Below are positions 1-8,978 of a DNA stretch of 64,000 bases, one piece after another. This stretch comes from a virus, in IMG/VR virus record IMGVR_UViG_3300043015_002666, positions 1-64,000 of that record, one strand, 5' to 3'. The first letter of the stretch is position 1; each line of letters begins with the position of its first letter. A program made the translations under genes and the position numbers. Below the pieces are notes generated by a model, which saw nothing but the letters and a program-made list of their open reading frames with translations, was not told where the DNA came from and did not search any database.

Positions 1-274
1 ATACCGCGCGCCAAAACACCTCATCAGTGAAAAAGAATTCACCGACTACCTTGTCATAAGCCCCATTAAGCTGGCAGATAAAACCACGACGTTGGACCGT
101 ATCAAACGCTATCTTGATTTGGTTCTCTGCATCAAAGTTTGTTAGGTAGTTTTCAACCACGACCGCGCTTATAGCTACCGGCCCGGAGAGATCCACCAGC
201 GTGGTAACGCCTTTTGGTTGGCCTACTTGAAATACGCGCAGTTCGACCGCGCTAAGTGAGAATTGATCATTCAT
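1..274 (-). CDS. hypothetical protein (N-terminal part, runs off left edge)
   Basis: Minus-strand frame open from ATG at 274-272 (MNDQFSLSAVEL...) to the window edge, 91 codons. Absent from the ORF track because it is truncated. Overlaps the upstream stop by 8 nt. Confidence 0.5.
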   Translation of the reverse strand, partial: MNDQFSLSAVELRVFQVGQPKGVTTLVDLSGPVAISAVVVENYLTNFDAENQIKIAFDTVQRRGFICQLNGAYDKVVGEFFFTDEVFWRAV

Positions 275-773
275 GTTCATACTGTCCTAATGCGTTGGCT
301 ACTTCTTGTTTAATCTTGTCGATATCGTCTAGCATGGCGATTGTTCGTAGGGTATTTATCAATGCCTCTTTCTCTGTAGTAAGACGGCCTATATCACTTC
401 GCATGCGTACCGTTCTGTATTCACAGTCGCAATCATCGTCATCATCATCGTCGTCGTCGCCCTCATCATCCATCAGGGCGATCAGTTCTTCATGCTGCAC
501 CACTTGTCGCTGTATATCCCGGAGCGTGCGGAGAATGTCATCCAGCTCCATATTTGGATACTCACGGATAAGGCCCACAAACCACGCCTTAATAAAGCCC
601 TCTTCGCTGCTGGTGGCGTCACGGTCGATAAAGATACTGTGATAGGGAGAGAGGCGACAAAAAGCACACCCAAAGGCGGCGCGCTCTTCATTGGTCATAA
701 GCTCAAGCTGACGCACGGCCAGCTCGATATCTTCTTTGAACTCTTCCCGGTCAGATATATAGGTAAAGATCAT
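267..773 (-). CDS. highly acidic hypothetical protein
   Basis: 168-aa ORF tightly packed with its neighbours. Contains the run DDEGDDDDDDDDDCDCE. No recognisable catalytic motif. Confidence 0.7.
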   Translation of the reverse strand: MIFTYISDREEFKEDIELAVRQLELMTNEERAAFGCAFCRLSPYHSIFIDRDATSSEEGFIKAWFVGLIREYPNMELDDILRTLRDIQRQVVQHEELIALMDDEGDDDDDDDDDCDCEYRTVRMRSDIGRLTTEKEALINTLRTIAMLDDIDKIKQEVANALGQYEHE

Positions 774-1351
774 TGGTTAGCCTCTTCTGGCTCAGTAAGG
801 GAGAGAATCCACTCGCGTAACTCAATCATTTGAGGACAAAACACCATGCTTTTCACGTAGGTATACAGCTTGGAATAATCGTGCTGCTTTCTCTTAATGA
901 AGGCATTGGCGTCCGCTTCAGTCAGGCAGCATGTCACCTCACGAACCACGCGTTGCACTTCTATGCGCTCGATATAACGATCATCTATCCCCAAATCACA
1001 TACATAGGCGTAAGCATCATCTATATGCTCAGCAATGCTGGCCGCGTCCCGGTCGGGCCATTCGACTTTATTGGCTTCGTACCATGCATTGAACTGCTCC
1101 GGGTAGTACTCTTGGATGTGTTCCACCAGCTCGGTAGCGTCGCAGTCTCTATCGGTATAAAGCACCGGGCATTCCAAGCGCCCGGTCGCGTCAATTAGCT
1201 CAACATGATCACCCCGGCCATCGGCGCAGGTAATGTAATCGTCATAGCACACCACCCACACAGGATGGCTGGTGGCGCGGTTGTCCTGCTGGTGCATTTG
1301 CTTGGACATTTCGAGTAGAAAATCTGGTATTACGGTCATTTGCTCTTTCAT
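770..1351 (-). CDS. hypothetical protein
   Basis: 193-aa ORF with a 4-nt overlap to the downstream gene, in a co-directional operon. Confidence 0.75.
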   Translation of the reverse strand: MKEQMTVIPDFLLEMSKQMHQQDNRATSHPVWVVCYDDYITCADGRGDHVELIDATGRLECPVLYTDRDCDATELVEHIQEYYPEQFNAWYEANKVEWPDRDAASIAEHIDDAYAYVCDLGIDDRYIERIEVQRVVREVTCCLTEADANAFIKRKQHDYSKLYTYVKSMVFCPQMIELREWILSLTEPEEANQ

Positions 1352-1365
1352 GGTATGTAGCCTTG

Positions 1366-1527
1366 TTAAATGTTCTTCAGTTGCTTATAGCTGGTGCCAT
1401 ACATCATATTGATGAAACGCTTTGATACGTTCTCGGCTAGGAGCTGGCGTATGCTTTTCTTTTGCTCATCGCTTAGGTGCGGATTACCGATTTCACGCTG
1501 GCGCAGTTTGTACTCTTCAGAGCGCAT
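1366..1527 (-). CDS. small hypothetical protein (53 aa, below ORF-track cutoff)
   Basis: Hand translation gives MRSEEYKLRQREIGNPHLSDEQKKSIRQLLAENVSKRF...KNI*. It fills the gap between the 1536 stop and the 1351 start almost exactly. Confidence 0.45.
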   Translation of the reverse strand: MRSEEYKLRQREIGNPHLSDEQKKSIRQLLAENVSKRFINMMYGTSYKQLKNI

Positions 1528-1535
1528 GTAGTCTT

Positions 1536-1751
1536 TCACTTGGTTTCCTGCTTGCTTGATTTATCCAGACGTTTACGAGCTCTTAAGCCGGTACCGACTA
1601 ACGCACCGTTTAGGTACCAACCGGCACGGCCAATGTTCACTGACACCCATTTAGAGCCGATAGTGACGCTCATAAAGCCTCGTTTGCCAAAGTTAAGGTA
1701 AAGGCCCGGAAAGAGCTTGATACGCTTGTGAAATCGAATTTGTGTAGTCAT
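1536..1751 (-). CDS. DUF4236-like protein
   Basis: 71 aa. The pattern RFHKRIKLFPGLYLNFGKRGFMSVTIG...VNIGRAG...GTGL matches my recollection of the DUF4236 repeat. Confidence 0.65.
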   Translation of the reverse strand: MTTQIRFHKRIKLFPGLYLNFGKRGFMSVTIGSKWVSVNIGRAGWYLNGALVGTGLRARKRLDKSSKQETK

Positions 1752-1761
1752 TTGGGGAGTC

Positions 1762-2079
1762 TTACTTTAGTAATTGATACAAGGCGTTACAGTTAACGCA
1801 GCGACCACGCTTAGAACCCTTTCGAGTCTGCTTAAGTTCGCCATCACATTGCTGACAACGGACCTCGGTCACTCTGGTAGCCATGCGTGCGTTAATGGCC
1901 TCGCTGTTATTCTTTCTCGGTTTAGTTACGTCGTAACCTAATGCCTTGGCTGTCCTGCGGTATTCCTGCTCAATCCATTTTCCATCCGGTTCATGATGCA
2001 AGCCGTCGCCCATCATATCGCCAAGCTTGATAAGATCTCGGTGTAGCCTTCTTTCAGTTTCCGGGGAGAGGTCCGCCAT
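1762..2079 (-). CDS. hypothetical protein with C-terminal zinc ribbon
   Basis: 105 aa with CQQC...CVNC near the C-terminus. Confidence 0.7.
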   Translation of the reverse strand: MADLSPETERRLHRDLIKLGDMMGDGLHHEPDGKWIEQEYRRTAKALGYDVTKPRKNNSEAINARMATRVTEVRCQQCDGELKQTRKGSKRGRCVNCNALYQLLK

Positions 2080-2081
2080 GG

Positions 2082-2342
2082 TTACACCTCTTCGCGCTGG
2101 TGGCGCACTTCCATGCTCTTAACACCGCATTGCTTCAGCCAAAGGCTTAGACGATCTAATCGCCATGTTCTCGGCTCAGGTTTGGCCGCGTGACGGACCG
2201 TAAAGCGCATGCCGGTATCGAGGTTATGAGCGATCACAATAAAACCCTCGTCGGTTTCTTGTGCGCCAATCTGCAAACCTACGCCAGTTGTGGCCTTAAT
2301 GGTTCGCTTAAATTCACCTAATGGCACTAAGCCAACTCTCAT
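2082..2342 (-). CDS. hypothetical protein
   Basis: 86-aa ORF with a GGAGG Shine-Dalgarno 7 nt upstream of the ATG. Confidence 0.7.
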   Translation of the reverse strand: MRVGLVPLGEFKRTIKATTGVGLQIGAQETDEGFIVIAHNLDTGMRFTVRHAAKPEPRTWRLDRLSLWLKQCGVKSMEVRHQREEV

Positions 2343-2409
2343 ACAACCTCCGTTACATTATTTAAAACGTCAATTTATGCCTAATAATATGGCTTTTTAT
2401 GGAGATTTC

Positions 2410-2426
2410 AAGTTTTTATTAGGAAT
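2410..2426 (-). promoter_or_regulatory. copy of the dispersed operator-like motif (ATTCCTAATAAAAACTT)
   Basis: Exact octamer TTAGGAAT at 2419-2426, in the intergenic region 2343-2536. Confidence 0.5.
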
Positions 2427-2536
2427 GAGGGGTGTATGAGGGAATAGCCAAACGAGAAAACCGCGCTTCCCGTGCGCGTGTTCCCTCTTGGCATTAAGTA
2501 AGGGCTTACTTAGAAGGGTAGTTACTAACTGTCTAA

Positions 2537-3391
2537 TTAATTTATAATATCGTCGCCTTTGGGGCGTATTTTCTCTTCGTTCTGACTGCGCTCTTGCTTT
2601 CTCATTTCCCTAATCTTTTCCGCTTCGGCCTCATCATAGAGTAAGCCGTTTAGACCTAATGAGTTAGGAATAGGTACCATGTCGCTGTACACGGAAGACT
2701 TTTCCTTTTTGACGGTCTTAACCGAGAAATCTTGCAATGAAGAGTCCCTGTCTTTTATCGCTATCAAACCGCCAACATTAACGCGCATCTTTTCCATGGC
2801 CTCTGGACCACCTTTAACAGAGAACAAGGCAATCACATCATCATGGCCTTTGGTGCGTATTCGATAAACCTTGTCTGGCTGCTTAGCAAACTGATCACGT
2901 TCCTGCATAAGAGTCTTGATAAGCTCTATTCGCTTTTCCCTACTCTCTTTACGGCGTAGCTTGTTTATCTCGCGTTCGTTACGACGAATGGCTCTTTCGT
3001 ATCGAGCAACAAGATCTAGACCTGTTTTCTTTTGACTGGCTACGGCGGTATTTATCGTAACTTTTAGCTTGGTAACATTCCTAAGAACAACCGGTTTTCT
3101 AAAGGACTGAGAAGACTCAGTAAAATACATTGGAGCCGCTTCTACCAGTTCCTCATTTGCTTTTATTTGCCTATCTATTTTGTCTAATAACTTATTTGCT
3201 GTATCACCTTCGTATACAACAGAAACGATCCTTGAGTCAGCGTAATCGGAATCCATGACACCGCTAACTTTTCCCTCAAATAAAGCGTACCGTTTCATTT
3301 CTTCATAAACATCACGGTCAGCAGCTTCCTTGTTTGCCAATAAATTGCTAACGCGCTCGGCATCAACTACTTTGTGATTGTTATCTTTCAT
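2537..3391 (-). CDS. hypothetical protein, 284 aa (speculative C1-type repressor candidate)
   Basis: Long ORF in an AT-rich stretch with operator-like motifs on both sides. No recognisable HTH. The functional idea rests on size and context only. Confidence 0.7.
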   Translation of the reverse strand: MKDNNHKVVDAERVSNLLANKEAADRDVYEEMKRYALFEGKVSGVMDSDYADSRIVSVVYEGDTANKLLDKIDRQIKANEELVEAAPMYFTESSQSFRKPVVLRNVTKLKVTINTAVASQKKTGLDLVARYERAIRRNEREINKLRRKESREKRIELIKTLMQERDQFAKQPDKVYRIRTKGHDDVIALFSVKGGPEAMEKMRVNVGGLIAIKDRDSSLQDFSVKTVKKEKSSVYSDMVPIPNSLGLNGLLYDEAEAEKIREMRKQERSQNEEKIRPKGDDIIN

Positions 3392-3581
3392 TTTTAACCC
3401 AATTCCTTAAAAGTCTCGACCGGGGTGCATAAGCCCTGCCTACAACAAACTTATAATTTATTAATATTTTATAGTTGTTACATGGAGTTAATGCGAGTAT
3501 AGCAAAGATAATTCCTAAATATATAGCGCCATAATGCCACAAATCAAAAATAATACTTTTTAAAACAAAAAAGCTCACCAA
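3381..3581 (-). CDS. possible small membrane protein
   Basis: 66-aa hydrophobic ORF in very AT-rich DNA, overlapping the next gene's start by 11 nt. Could be spurious. Confidence 0.3.
   Translation of the reverse strand: MVSFFVLKSIIFDLWHYGAIYLGIIFAILALTPCNNYKILINYKFVVGRAYAPRSRLLRNWVKNER
3511..3526 (+). promoter_or_regulatory. copy of the dispersed operator-like motif (ATTCCTAAATATATAG)
   Basis: Exact octamer ATTCCTAA at 3511-3518, upstream of the 284-aa gene. Confidence 0.4.
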
Positions 3582-3626
3582 ATGGCAAGCTTTTCTAAAA
3601 AATACTAATAATAAATAAATACTTTA

Positions 3627-3848
3627 CTAATTCAAAAAGTAATTAGTCAGAAGTTTGTTAATTTTAGTTTCGTCATAAACACAAGACTCAAACAACTCTG
3701 GCTTATGTGTCACCAGATAATTGATACATTCAAAAGTCATGGATTGGATCACTTCCGCGCCACGCTCAAACACATTAAATTTCTCTTCCAAGCCGTCCAA
3801 GAATTCCTCCGGGAATACTTTCAGCAGTTGCTCGTTCATGTCGTTCAT
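3627..3848 (-). CDS. hypothetical protein
   Basis: 73-aa acidic ORF, first gene of a leftward unit. Confidence 0.55.
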   Translation of the reverse strand: MNDMNEQLLKVFPEEFLDGLEEKFNVFERGAEVIQSMTFECINYLVTHKPELFESCVYDETKINKLLTNYFLN

Positions 3849-4114
3849 TTTTATCGTTCTGCCGTAAATTAACCGTTGTTAGCGGTATGCATGTTTATAT
3901 AGTTTCGCACTCTTGTAAATATGGTGTCTTATGATTGCATAGCTAAAGAGGTTTTACCGGGAGGAAGCAAAAGCCCTAAAAATAGTGATAATACTTGCCT
4001 GTATATACATACAGGGGTTTATTCGAACCACGTCACTTTGTGACAAGGTAACTCGTGAAATTATCCGCTTGTTTCTAGGTGTTATACCAGCTACACTTCG
4101 AATCTCATGGTTTA

Positions 4115-4140
4115 GTTTCAGTTCTATGGAGAACTGAAAC
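4115..4140. repeat. perfect 26-bp palindrome, candidate recombinase core site
   Basis: GTTTCAGTTCT-ATGG-AGAACTGAAAC. It can be read as 11-4-11 or 10-6-10. It lies about 480 bp upstream of the tyrosine recombinase gene inside a 770-bp noncoding region. Confidence 0.5.
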
Positions 4141-4618
4141 AAGACTCACCCCACATTTTTAGGGGGCAATCGAAACAAATAGGCTGTAACTCCAATAAAA
4201 ACAGCCACTTAACAGAATGACAGTCAGAACACCCCTACAAAGCCCAATAAAGGGACATTTGGACCTGCATAACTATGCGAGGGACAAAATAAGGACTTTT
4301 TGTGAAGTTTTGGCCCTGTTATTGACTTTATTATTATCACTGTCATCTATATGTAAGATTTGTGTCAGTTGAGATACCGGTGCAGAATAATTTTTACTGT
4401 ATTTGATTAAATGTGACTTTGATCACACGTTGAGCGGTTAAGTTAAAAGTTATACGCTTCAACACCTTATGTTCTCAAATATGAGCCATAACACTTAGCG
4501 GACTATGGCGACAGTTTTATATCATATCTCAGCAACTTATTGCATTGCATGCGTAAGACACGAAATTAACTCGAGCTAACACACTACACACCAAAAAGCA
4601 AAACACGGAGCAATCAAC

Positions 4619-5239
4619 ATGGCAGCATACCCGGCACGAACCAAAGAAGAGCTGGTGGAAATTCTGGAAAGAGTGAGCGACTACAGCCCACTGGTAAAAT
4701 TGTTCATTGAAATGGAAGCGCGCACCGGTTTGCGTTACAGCGACCTAAGCAAGCTAACGTTCAAAGAAATCATGATTAACGGCGTTCCTCGTGAAAGCTT
4801 CCCGGTTATCCAGTCGAAAGCCTTCCATGCTCGCATGAGCGGCAAAGCCAACATAGACGAAGCGACGGCCAAAGCAAAAAGCCGAATTGTGGTCCACGTT
4901 AACGACGAACTGGCCGAACTGATCCGCCAACTACACATCATTAACGGCCATAACAAACTGGTGTTCCAGTCAAACCACCACCACGCCAAAGAAGGGACCG
5001 CCATTAGTAGCCAATACATCAACCGGATACTAAAAAAGGTCGCCGGGGATATGAAATTACCCTTCCAACTCTCCACTCACTCAATGCGAAAATCTTACGC
5101 CAAACTGCTCATTGAGAACGGCGCAGGACTTAATACCATTCGTGACCTGCTAGGGCATTCTGACTCTAAAATCACTGATATGTACCTTAAAACCTTCGAA
5201 AGTGAGCTAAAAGAGCACGCAACCAGCATTAGCTTTTAA
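4619..5239 (+). CDS. tyrosine recombinase, catalytic-domain-only (FimB/FimE-sized)
   Basis: 206 aa with the R (ARTGLRYSDL), H-x-x-R (HSMRKSYA), H (LLGHSD) and Y (TDMYL) signature. No N-terminal core-binding domain. Confidence 0.85.
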   Translation: MAAYPARTKEELVEILERVSDYSPLVKLFIEMEARTGLRYSDLSKLTFKEIMINGVPRESFPVIQSKAFHARMSGKANIDEATAKAKSRIVVHVNDELAELIRQLHIINGHNKLVFQSNHHHAKEGTAISSQYINRILKKVAGDMKLPFQLSTHSMRKSYAKLLIENGAGLNTIRDLLGHSDSKITDMYLKTFESELKEHATSISF

Positions 5240-5294
5240 GCCACCAGCATTGAGGCGGACTATTCCGCCTCTCTCATTCGTTGGCACTCACGTC

Positions 5295-6884
5295 CTACAT
5301 GAGTTCTTCAAAATCCACATCATCAGCAATCCAGTCACCACGCCCTAAATCATCTTGATAGTCGTCGTATTCGTCATACTCAGAATCGGCCTCACGTATC
5401 CAGTCCTCAATCTGTGAACGTTCCTCTACCATATCATCAGTAAGCAATTCATCAGCCGGGACAAAGCCCACAAGCTGCGTAAAACAGTATGTATCCCATT
5501 GGTCGGGCGACTTAATGTTAAGCTTCTCGCGCATTACCTTCTTAGGCATGATCACCCAAGCGCCACGCTCATTAAGCCCACAAGGCACCTTACTGCCTTG
5601 CTCTGCGGTTTCACTTGAATTGTCGGTTGCCATACGGCCTTGGAGAATCGCATCACGCGCCATCACGTTGGCATACGCACGGCGGTTTAAGAATCGCTTC
5701 TTAAGCTGATCAGAGAACATCGGCAAGCCCCAATTAATGCGCTCTACACGACGCCTATGCTTCTCTATCAATAGCGTGGCGGTATCATGGCCCACACCGT
5801 CACTATCCACCGCTATGGTAATGTTTGGATAGAGATCTTCACTACACTCCGCGTTAATCACATCAGCAAAGCGCACCGGGGTAATGTTGGAGTCCATCAC
5901 TAACAGTTTATGATTCACCACCAGCCGGTTAGGCACCTCACCCCACACCTTATTGATATTGATGATCGACTTATCTCGCCCGTTACCCACGTCACACGTT
6001 GCCATCCAGCCCCATCCCTTGGGTAACTGAATGCTACGTTTAGCGGCACGGTCCATATCAGCACGGCCTAGCAGCATCCCGGCAATCGTTGAAGGGAATT
6101 CCCCACGAACCTTGATCAAATACTCTGGCGCTTCACGGCCACCGTATTCAATCAGCTTGGTGCGTATAAACTTGGTATCAACAATCGGACTCTCTTCAGA
6201 GTTTAAGCGGATAGATACCCATTCTTTTTTCTCGGCTAACTTATGGTGCGTATCGTAGAAGTAGCCACTTGGGCGCGTTGGCTGGCTCAATAGCAGCATG
6301 CGGTTATCATGCTGGGTAAAGGCACCGGTCATCACACCAAACGCCTTATCGCTCACACCGGACGCCTCATCTACCACAACGAGGAGGTGCGCTGCGTGCT
6401 CACCGGCTAGGGATTCCTCTTGCCCTAATCGACAGCTCTTAGCGCCGACAGACCATGCCTGTTTGCTCTCATTGGCATAAAACATGGTATCGGTCATCGT
6501 GAAGTACTGCTCTAACCATGGGTACGAGCGGCAAATCGCATTCCAGTGCTTTCTTAGGTACTTCCACACACCGATCTTAACCTGATTGGCGTTGTTGGCC
6601 GTCAGAACGACACGCGCGTCATAGTAGGTTGTGACAAAGGCAATGATCATCCCGGCGGTTGAGTCTGATTTGCCGGTACCGTGACCCGACGTTACCGATA
6701 CCCTAGCCCCTTCCTTGTTCGTCGCGGCAATCACTTCTCGCTGCTGGTTTGTTGGTGGAAAGTCCAACCCTTCAACAAAGAACCGTTGCCAGTCATGGCG
6801 ATATCGCCTCACATAATCCTGATATCGCGGATCGGAAAGTATCGACGTGCGACGACGTGCGCCACTGCCTTTACGCCTAGCCAT
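5295..6884 (-). CDS. terminase large subunit (PacB-like)
   Basis: 529 aa with Walker A SGHGTGKS, Walker B LLVVVDEASG and a C-terminal nuclease-like AVDSDGVGHD. TAATG overlap with the upstream gene. Confidence 0.85.
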   Translation of the reverse strand: MARRKGSGARRRTSILSDPRYQDYVRRYRHDWQRFFVEGLDFPPTNQQREVIAATNKEGARVSVTSGHGTGKSDSTAGMIIAFVTTYYDARVVLTANNANQVKIGVWKYLRKHWNAICRSYPWLEQYFTMTDTMFYANESKQAWSVGAKSCRLGQEESLAGEHAAHLLVVVDEASGVSDKAFGVMTGAFTQHDNRMLLLSQPTRPSGYFYDTHHKLAEKKEWVSIRLNSEESPIVDTKFIRTKLIEYGGREAPEYLIKVRGEFPSTIAGMLLGRADMDRAAKRSIQLPKGWGWMATCDVGNGRDKSIININKVWGEVPNRLVVNHKLLVMDSNITPVRFADVINAECSEDLYPNITIAVDSDGVGHDTATLLIEKHRRRVERINWGLPMFSDQLKKRFLNRRAYANVMARDAILQGRMATDNSSETAEQGSKVPCGLNERGAWVIMPKKVMREKLNIKSPDQWDTYCFTQLVGFVPADELLTDDMVEERSQIEDWIREADSEYDEYDDYQDDLGRGDWIADDVDFEELM

Positions 6885-8314
6885 TATTCGTCCTCTTCCG
6901 TTGCTGGTGGTAAGGCGTCATAAGCGGACGCGTTATCCGGGGAGAACTCTTCAAACAGAGCATCGAGCTCTTTCTGTTTCTCTTTGGCCTTTTGGGACTC
7001 TCGCTCTTCTAAGCCTTCAAAGTATTCAAGCTGGCGACGTTCAAACTCTTCCGGTGATACTTCCCCTTCCAAGATCTCAGGTTCGGCGTTTTCAATCTCA
7101 TCTTTCAGCTCAAGCAATAGGGCCGCTGGTACCTTGGCACCCAATCGCTCGATGTTCTTAGCCGTAGTTAATGCGTCCCAACCGTTGCGCTCGCGTAGCT
7201 CCAATAGCTGAACTATCAGGGCGGTTTCTTCCGCTGGCAGGTAATGCGGCATCTTCATTTCTTCAATGAGCTGCTTTCTATGGTCGAACTGGCGCTTATT
7301 CTCCAAACCAACAAGGCTAACAATGCTGCGCTCCAATTCTGCTAACCGGGGTTCGTAGGCAAAAGTGAGCTCTTTCATTACCCGGTTAAGGTCCACCTCT
7401 TCAGCATCTTCCCCGGTACCTATCATTAATGGCTCGCCCCGGTCGATATAGCCTTGTATCCGATCTACCTCATCGGATAGCCATTTATTCATGCGGTAGT
7501 ACCGGGCGCGCGCGGTTAACAGCTCATCAGCTACGGACAGGGGATCAACCTCGGTCAATATGTCGAGCATTTCCGACACCAGAGTGATCCCGGATGTGTA
7601 TCCGCCATGTCGCATTTGTGGCGGACCTATCGCCCGGTTGAATTCTTGTTTCTTGTTCTGCGTGGACTCAAACCGGGCCGCACTGAAGTGTGAGAACCGG
7701 GTAACTAAATCGTCCTTACCAAGACCAACATCATCGAGCGTGGGCGCGTCATCTTCCGGGTGCGCATGATCAAGATCTTCGACTTCCCCTTCATTTGATG
7801 TTTGTTCACGATTCGACGCTTTTGGCGACTTCCCCCGGCCAGCCTTGCCCGTTGACTTGTTACGACTTTTGCTTGGTTTTTCGTTTTTGATTGCGCGATA
7901 CGTCGATAATTTCTCATCAAAAAGATCAAATAACCGATCAAAGTCAGCCGCGCCTCTGAGTTTGGCTAACTCTCTGCGGAATGAATTGGTGCTTAGGCCG
8001 TTTTCCTGCGCAAAAGCGGTCATGCTCAGTGAAGGGTTTTTGATGGCTCGGCTAAGGAAGTTTCGGACGTGAGAGGCCCATTTTGCTTGAGCTGGCGTGC
8101 GCTTGGCTCGGTCACGCTTCTCTTTATGCTCGTCATTAACCTTTTTACTCTGTGCACTTTTGATCACTTCTTTATCTGGCTTGCGCAAATAGCGGCGAGC
8201 GGACGCGTATTTGAGCCCTGCGTTTTCACAGTACTGCTTAACAGTCAGTTTGGGATTTTCCCCTAACGCCTTGAGATATAAGGCTTGATGCTTTGTATAG
8301 TCAGGTTTAGCCAT
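6884..8314 (-). CDS. putative terminase small / pac-recognition subunit (PacA-like)
   Basis: N-terminal HTH-like KQYCENAGLKYASARRYL and a charged coiled C-terminal half. Translationally coupled to the large subunit. ATG at 8314 is preferred over the TTG at 8332 used by the ORF track. Confidence 0.5.
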   Translation of the reverse strand: MAKPDYTKHQALYLKALGENPKLTVKQYCENAGLKYASARRYLRKPDKEVIKSAQSKKVNDEHKEKRDRAKRTPAQAKWASHVRNFLSRAIKNPSLSMTAFAQENGLSTNSFRRELAKLRGAADFDRLFDLFDEKLSTYRAIKNEKPSKSRNKSTGKAGRGKSPKASNREQTSNEGEVEDLDHAHPEDDAPTLDDVGLGKDDLVTRFSHFSAARFESTQNKKQEFNRAIGPPQMRHGGYTSGITLVSEMLDILTEVDPLSVADELLTARARYYRMNKWLSDEVDRIQGYIDRGEPLMIGTGEDAEEVDLNRVMKELTFAYEPRLAELERSIVSLVGLENKRQFDHRKQLIEEMKMPHYLPAEETALIVQLLELRERNGWDALTTAKNIERLGAKVPAALLLELKDEIENAEPEILEGEVSPEEFERRQLEYFEGLEERESQKAKEKQKELDALFEEFSPDNASAYDALPPATEEDE

Positions 8315-8323
8315 AGTGATAAA

Positions 8324-8513
8324 TGCGCACAAATTTAAAAGTTATTAGGAATTATAAACACGCAAAAGTGCGCACCACAACTACATAAATTGCGCATTAA
8401 CCGCTTCGAACTGCGCAAAACAAAAATAAAATGTGCGCACAATGAGTATTTTGCGTAAAAAATTGCGCATTTCTGCATATGCACCAGAGAAAAACATGTA
8501 ACGCTTTTGCGCA
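8324..8513. repeat. cluster of seven TGCGCA hexamers (candidate pac or regulatory site)
   Basis: TGCGCA starts at 8324, 8369, 8391, 8412, 8434, 8464 and 8508. TGCGTA is at 8452 and TGCATATGCA at 8473. The central copies are about 21-22 bp apart. Confidence 0.6.
8337..8352 (-). promoter_or_regulatory. copy of the dispersed operator-like motif (ATTCCTAATAACTTTT)
   Basis: TTAGGAAT at 8345-8352 in the divergent intergenic region. Confidence 0.5.
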
Positions 8514-8522
8514 CAATTAATG

Positions 8523-8538
8523 TAAAGTTGTTAGGAAT
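8523..8538 (-). promoter_or_regulatory. copy of the dispersed operator-like motif (ATTCCTAACAACTTTA)
   Basis: TTAGGAAT at 8531-8538, lying between the 9-bp inverted repeat CATGTAACG (8495-8503) and CGTTACATG (8545-8553). Confidence 0.5.
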
Positions 8539-8582
8539 TATCCCCGTTACATGAAACGCTCAGCATTTGAGGATAACCCCCT

Positions 8583-8978
8583 GTGTTGATGCATGAAAAA
8601 AAGCGAAAGCAAGCCCTAATGAAAGGAAGTAAAAGACAGGAAAGCTTCAGACAGCGCCAGCGCGATAAGAACCTTTTCCCTCTCCAAGTGCGCATTACTC
8701 GATTTGCGCACCGACAAGCGTTGAAGCTGAAGAAAAAGCGCGGCGGAAAGATCAGTGATATCTACGAAGCGGCCATTCTATCGGCCAGCACGACCGACGC
8801 ACCGGCCATGCACGAACCGTCATTCAAAGAGGAAGACTTAGGTGTGAAGTCGATTTGTCCTTGGGTAAGAGAAGGGACCACGGAACACTTTGAAGAGCTG
8901 GCAACGAACTACCGTTCGACGGTTACGGCCATGAGCGCAGCCCTGTACCAATACTGCAAACGTGAGCTCGATGAATAG
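8583..8978 (+). CDS. hypothetical basic protein, possibly tandem ribbon-helix-helix
   Basis: 131 aa. Two segments fit a strand-helix-helix pattern (FPLQVRITRFAHRQALKL..., KSICPWVREGTTEHFEELATNY...). GTG start at 8583 or ATG at 8589. Confidence 0.55.
   Translation: MLMHEKKRKQALMKGSKRQESFRQRQRDKNLFPLQVRITRFAHRQALKLKKKRGGKISDIYEAAILSASTTDAPAMHEPSFKEEDLGVKSICPWVREGTTEHFEELATNYRSTVTAMSAALYQYCKRELDE

Noticed and set aside
4010-4035. A tRNA-like T-loop (GGTTCGAAT on the minus strand).
   Set aside because: The flanking bases cannot form a T-stem or acceptor stem (CGTGG against AAACC). I found no cloverleaf.
3954-4142. ORF-track CDS of 62 aa on the minus strand.
   Set aside because: It has no Shine-Dalgarno, runs across the palindromes of the noncoding region, and has unconvincing composition.
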